Shown in pieces: positions 8,434 to 10,696 of a stretch of 10,696 nt of DNA. The notes beneath the pieces were generated by a model. That model was given only the letters and a program-made list of their open reading frames with translations. It did not search any database and had not been told where the DNA came from. Positions within the stretch are counted from its first letter, which is position 1. Each line of letters starts with the position of its first letter. This stretch comes from a virus. The position numbers and the translations under genes were made by a program. The stretch lies in UHGV virus genome UHGV-1749428; one strand, 5' to 3'.

Positions 8434-8846
8434 TGACTGTGCTGGTCGTGTTGTTATCGCTGGCGGTGGCCGGTCTGTTTCTGGTGAAACACAAAAATGC
8501 CAGCCTGCGCGCCTCGCTGGACAGGGCGAATAACGTCGCCAGTGAACAGCAGACGACCATCACCATGCTGAAAAATCAGCTTCATGTTGCACTCACCAGA
8601 GCAGACAAAAACGAGCTGGCGCAGGTGGCACTGCGTCAGGAACTGGAGAACGCCGCGAAGCGTGAAGCACAGCGCGAGAAAACCATCACGAGGTTACTGA
8701 ATGAAAACGAAGATTTTCGCCGCTGGTACGGTGCTGACCTGCCTGATGCTGTGCGCCGGTTGCACCAGCGCCCGGCCTGCACCGACGCCAGTGATTGTCG
8801 CCAACGCCTGCCCGAAAGTGAGCCTTTGCCCGATGCCGGGCAGTGA
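8421..8846 (+). CDS. lysB: Rz-like inner-membrane spanin LysB
   Basis: 141 aa with an N-terminal transmembrane segment (MSKLMTVLVVLLSLAVAGLFLV) followed by a charged, coiled-coil-like periplasmic region; overlaps the lysA end by 13 nt. Confidence 0.88.
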   Translation: MSKLMTVLVVLLSLAVAGLFLVKHKNASLRASLDRANNVASEQQTTITMLKNQLHVALTRADKNELAQVALRQELENAAKREAQREKTITRLLNENEDFRRWYGADLPDAVRRLHQRPACTDASDCRQRLPESEPLPDAGQ

Positions 8847-8991
8847 CCCGCAGACGAACGGCGATTTAAGTGCTGATATCCGGCAGCTTGAGAACGCGCT
8901 GGCACGCTGTGCCAGCCAGGTAAAAATGATTAAACACTGTCAGGACGAAAACGATGCTCAAACCCGACAGCCTGCGCAGGGCGCTGACTGA
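8701..8991 (+). CDS. lysC: Rz1-like outer-membrane lipoprotein spanin LysC
   Basis: 96 aa starting in the +1 frame inside lysB and running into R; signal peptide with a Cys-containing lipobox-like motif (…LTCLMLCAGCTS…) and Pro-rich mature region. Same length and arrangement as P2 lysC. Confidence 0.82.
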   Translation: MKTKIFAAGTVLTCLMLCAGCTSARPAPTPVIVANACPKVSLCPMPGSDPQTNGDLSADIRQLENALARCASQVKMIKHCQDENDAQTRQPAQGAD

Positions 8992-9421
8992 TGCCGTCAC
9001 GGTGCTGAAAACTAACCCCGATATGCTGCGGATATTCGTGGATAACGGGAGTATTGCCTCCACACTGGCGGCGTCGCTGTCATTCGAAAAGCGTTACACG
9101 CTCAATGTCATTGTGACCGACTTTACCGGTGATTTTGACCTGCTCATCGTGCCGGTGCTGGCGTGGCTGCGGGAAAATCAGCCCGACATCATGACCACCG
9201 ACGAAGGCCAGAAAAAGGGCTTCACGTTTTATGCAGACATCAACAATGACAGCAGCTTTGATATCAGTATCAGCCTGATGCTGACCGAGCGCACGCTGGT
9301 CAGTGAGGTTGACGGTGCGCTGCATGTGAAGAATATCCCGGAACCTCCGCCGCCGGAGCCGGTCACCCGCCCGATGGAGCTTTATATCAATGGTGAACTG
9401 GTGAGTAAGTGGGATGAATGA
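8954..9421 (+). CDS. R: Tail completion protein gpR
   Basis: 155 aa (MLKPDSLRRALTDAVTVLKTNPDMLRIF…), with a PEPPPPEP tract near the C-terminus; length and sequence match P2 gpR. Confidence 0.92.
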   Translation: MLKPDSLRRALTDAVTVLKTNPDMLRIFVDNGSIASTLAASLSFEKRYTLNVIVTDFTGDFDLLIVPVLAWLRENQPDIMTTDEGQKKGFTFYADINNDSSFDISISLMLTERTLVSEVDGALHVKNIPEPPPPEPVTRPMELYINGELVSKWDE

Positions 9422-9866
9422 GTTTAAGCGTTTTGAAGACCGGCTGACCGGACTGATTGAATCGCTGTCACCGTCAGGGCGTCGGCGACTGAGCGCCGAA
9501 CTGGCGAAACGTCTGCGGCAGAGTCAGCAGCGTCGGGTGATGGCACAGAAAGCCCCGGACGGCACACCCTACGTGCCACGCCAGCAGCAGAGCGCCAGAA
9601 AAAAGACCGGTCGCGTTAAGCGAAAAATGTTTGCGAAACTTATCACCAGTCGTTTTTTGCATATCCGCGCCAGCCCGGAGCAGGCATCAATGGAGTTTTA
9701 CGGCGGGAAGTCACCGAAAATCGCCAGTGTGCATCAGTTCGGTCTGTCGGAAGAAACCCGGAAAGACGGTAAGAAAATTGATTATCCGGCGCGTCCTCTG
9801 CTCGGCTTTACCGGTGAGGATGTGCAGATGATTGAAGAGATTATCCTGGCTCACCTCGACCGTTAG
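9414..9866 (+). CDS. S: Tail completion protein gpS
   Basis: 150 aa (MNEFKRFEDRLTGLIESLSPSGRRR…), overlapping the R end by 8 nt; length and sequence match P2 gpS. Confidence 0.92.
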   Translation: MNEFKRFEDRLTGLIESLSPSGRRRLSAELAKRLRQSQQRRVMAQKAPDGTPYVPRQQQSARKKTGRVKRKMFAKLITSRFLHIRASPEQASMEFYGGKSPKIASVHQFGLSEETRKDGKKIDYPARPLLGFTGEDVQMIEEIILAHLDR

Positions 9867-9932
9867 TTGTGCCATTCCTGACACCTCATCGTCACATTGC
9901 CGCCGGTATGACCCGGCGGCATCCTTCCCGTT
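9867..9932 (+). promoter_or_regulatory. S-V intergenic region with a perfect GC-rich hairpin; expected site of late promoter P_V
   Basis: GCCGCCGG (9899-9906) / loop TATGAC / CCGGCGGC (9913-9920), 12 nt before the V start codon, with no U-tract after it. In P2 an Ogr-dependent late promoter precedes V; promoter elements were not identified by eye. Confidence 0.35.
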
Positions 9933-10536
9933 ATGAACACTCTCGCAAATATTCAGGAACTCGCGCGCGCACTGCGCAACATGATTCGTACCGGCCTTGT
10001 CGTCGAAACCAACCTTAAAGCCGGTCGCTGCCGTGTGCAGACCGGCGGCATGTGCACCGACTGGCTTCAGTGGCTGACCCATCGCGCCGGACGTTCGCGC
10101 ACATGGTGGGCACCTTCCGTGGGGGAACAGGTGCTGATTCTGGCTGTGGGCGGTGAACTCGACACGGCGTTCGTTCTGCCGGGGATTTATTCCGGCGATA
10201 ACCCCGCGCCGTCTGCGTCGGCGGATGATTGAGTATGAACCCGAAACCAGTGCACTCACGGTAAGCGGAATTAAAACGGCCAGCGTGACGGCTTCTGATT
10301 CTGTTACTGCCACGGTGCCGGTGGTCATGGTGAAAGCATCAACCCGCGTCACCCTGGACACACCGGAGGTGGTCTGCACCAACAGGCTGATTACCGGCAC
10401 GCTGGAAGTGCAGAAGGGCGGGACGATGCGCGGCAACATTGAACACACCGGCGGTGAACTCTCATCAAACGGGAAGGTACTGCATACCCATAAACACCCC
10501 GGCGACAGCGGCGGCACAACCGGGAGCCCTCTATGA
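9933..10536 (+). pseudogene. V: Baseplate central spike gpV, split by a frameshift into a 99-aa N-terminal ORF (9933-10232) and a C-terminal ORF in the +1 frame (ATG at 10225, ending 10536)
   Basis: The N-terminal ORF (MNTLANIQELARALRNMIRTG…SASADD*) stops at TGA 10230-10232. The V-like sequence resumes in the +1 frame (MIEYEPETSALTVSGIKTASV…HTHKHPGDSGGTTGSPL). The two parts total about 201 aa against 211 aa recalled for P2 gpV, consistent with a deletion of about 32 nt near 10224-10228. Confidence 0.75.
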
Positions 10537-10696
10537 CAGCGCGTTATCTCGGAATGAATCGCAGTGATGGCCTGACTGTCACTGACCTTGAGCATATCAG
10601 CCAGAGTATCGGCGATATCCTGCGCACACCGGTCGGCTCACGGGTGATGCGTCGTGATTACGGCTCGTTGCTGGCGTCAATGATTGACCAGCCGCA
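10533..10696 (+). CDS. W: Baseplate assembly protein gpW (gp25-like), 3'-truncated by the window end
   Basis: ATG at 10533 overlapping the V stop (ATGA); translation MTARYLGMNRSDGLTVTDLEHISQSIGDILRTPVGSRVMRRDYGSLLASMIDQP… matches the P2 gpW N-terminus. Absent from the ORF track because no stop codon falls inside the window. Confidence 0.88.
   Translation, partial: MTARYLGMNRSDGLTVTDLEHISQSIGDILRTPVGSRVMRRDYGSLLASMIDQP

Larger units (their letters stand above)
1..10696. mobile_element. P2-like (Peduovirus-type) prophage segment: cos, packaging, capsid, lysis and proximal tail genes
   Basis: Sixteen consecutive ORFs match P2 genes Q,P,O,N,M,L,X,Y,K,lysA,lysB,lysC,R,S,V,W in canonical order, orientation and length, and a P2-type cos sequence is present. 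Recognition is from recalled protein sequences, not a database search. Confidence 0.9.

Noticed and set aside
10210-10240. Programmed ribosomal frameshift joining the two V reading frames
   Set aside because: No slippery heptamer (X XXY YYZ) or downstream structure is evident at the junction, and the combined length is about 10 residues short of P2 gpV. A deletion-induced frameshift is the simpler explanation.
9711-10595. 294-aa minus-strand ORF antisense to S, V and W
   Set aside because: It spans an intergenic region and three known tail genes on the opposite strand, and its Arg/Pro/Cys-rich translation looks non-protein-like. The length is tempting, but it is best explained as a GC-rich antisense artefact.
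1-10696. CRISPR arrays, tRNA or rRNA genes, and integrase/att sites
   Set aside because: No spaced direct-repeat arrays, cloverleaf-like tRNA sequences or rRNA-like stretches were seen. The integrase and attachment sites of a P2-like prophage lie at the other end of the element, outside this window.

Overview
This window is the packaging, head, lysis and proximal tail module of a P2-like (Peduovirus-type) temperate phage, almost certainly a prophage in an enterobacterial genome. Gene order, orientation and protein lengths are collinear with phage P2: a 19-nt cos cohesive-end sequence (504-522), then Q and P on the minus strand, a divergent control region, and O-N-M-L-X-Y-K-lysA-lysB/lysC-R-S-V-W on the plus strand. 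All identifications rest on recognising the translated ORFs as P2 homologues from memory; no search was run. Two things depart from a canonical P2 map. First, the baseplate spike gene V is split into two reading frames, consistent with a roughly 32-nt deletion, so this copy is probably a pseudogene. Second, the leftmost ~300 bp is AT-rich (about 38% GC over 1-300, against roughly 55-68% in the phage genes) and carries the 3' end of an unrecognised plus-strand ORF ending just before cos. That position is the known cargo and anti-phage-defence hotspot of P2-like phages (where P2 carries old and tin), so any novel system most likely lies mostly upstream of this window. No tRNA, rRNA or CRISPR array was found.
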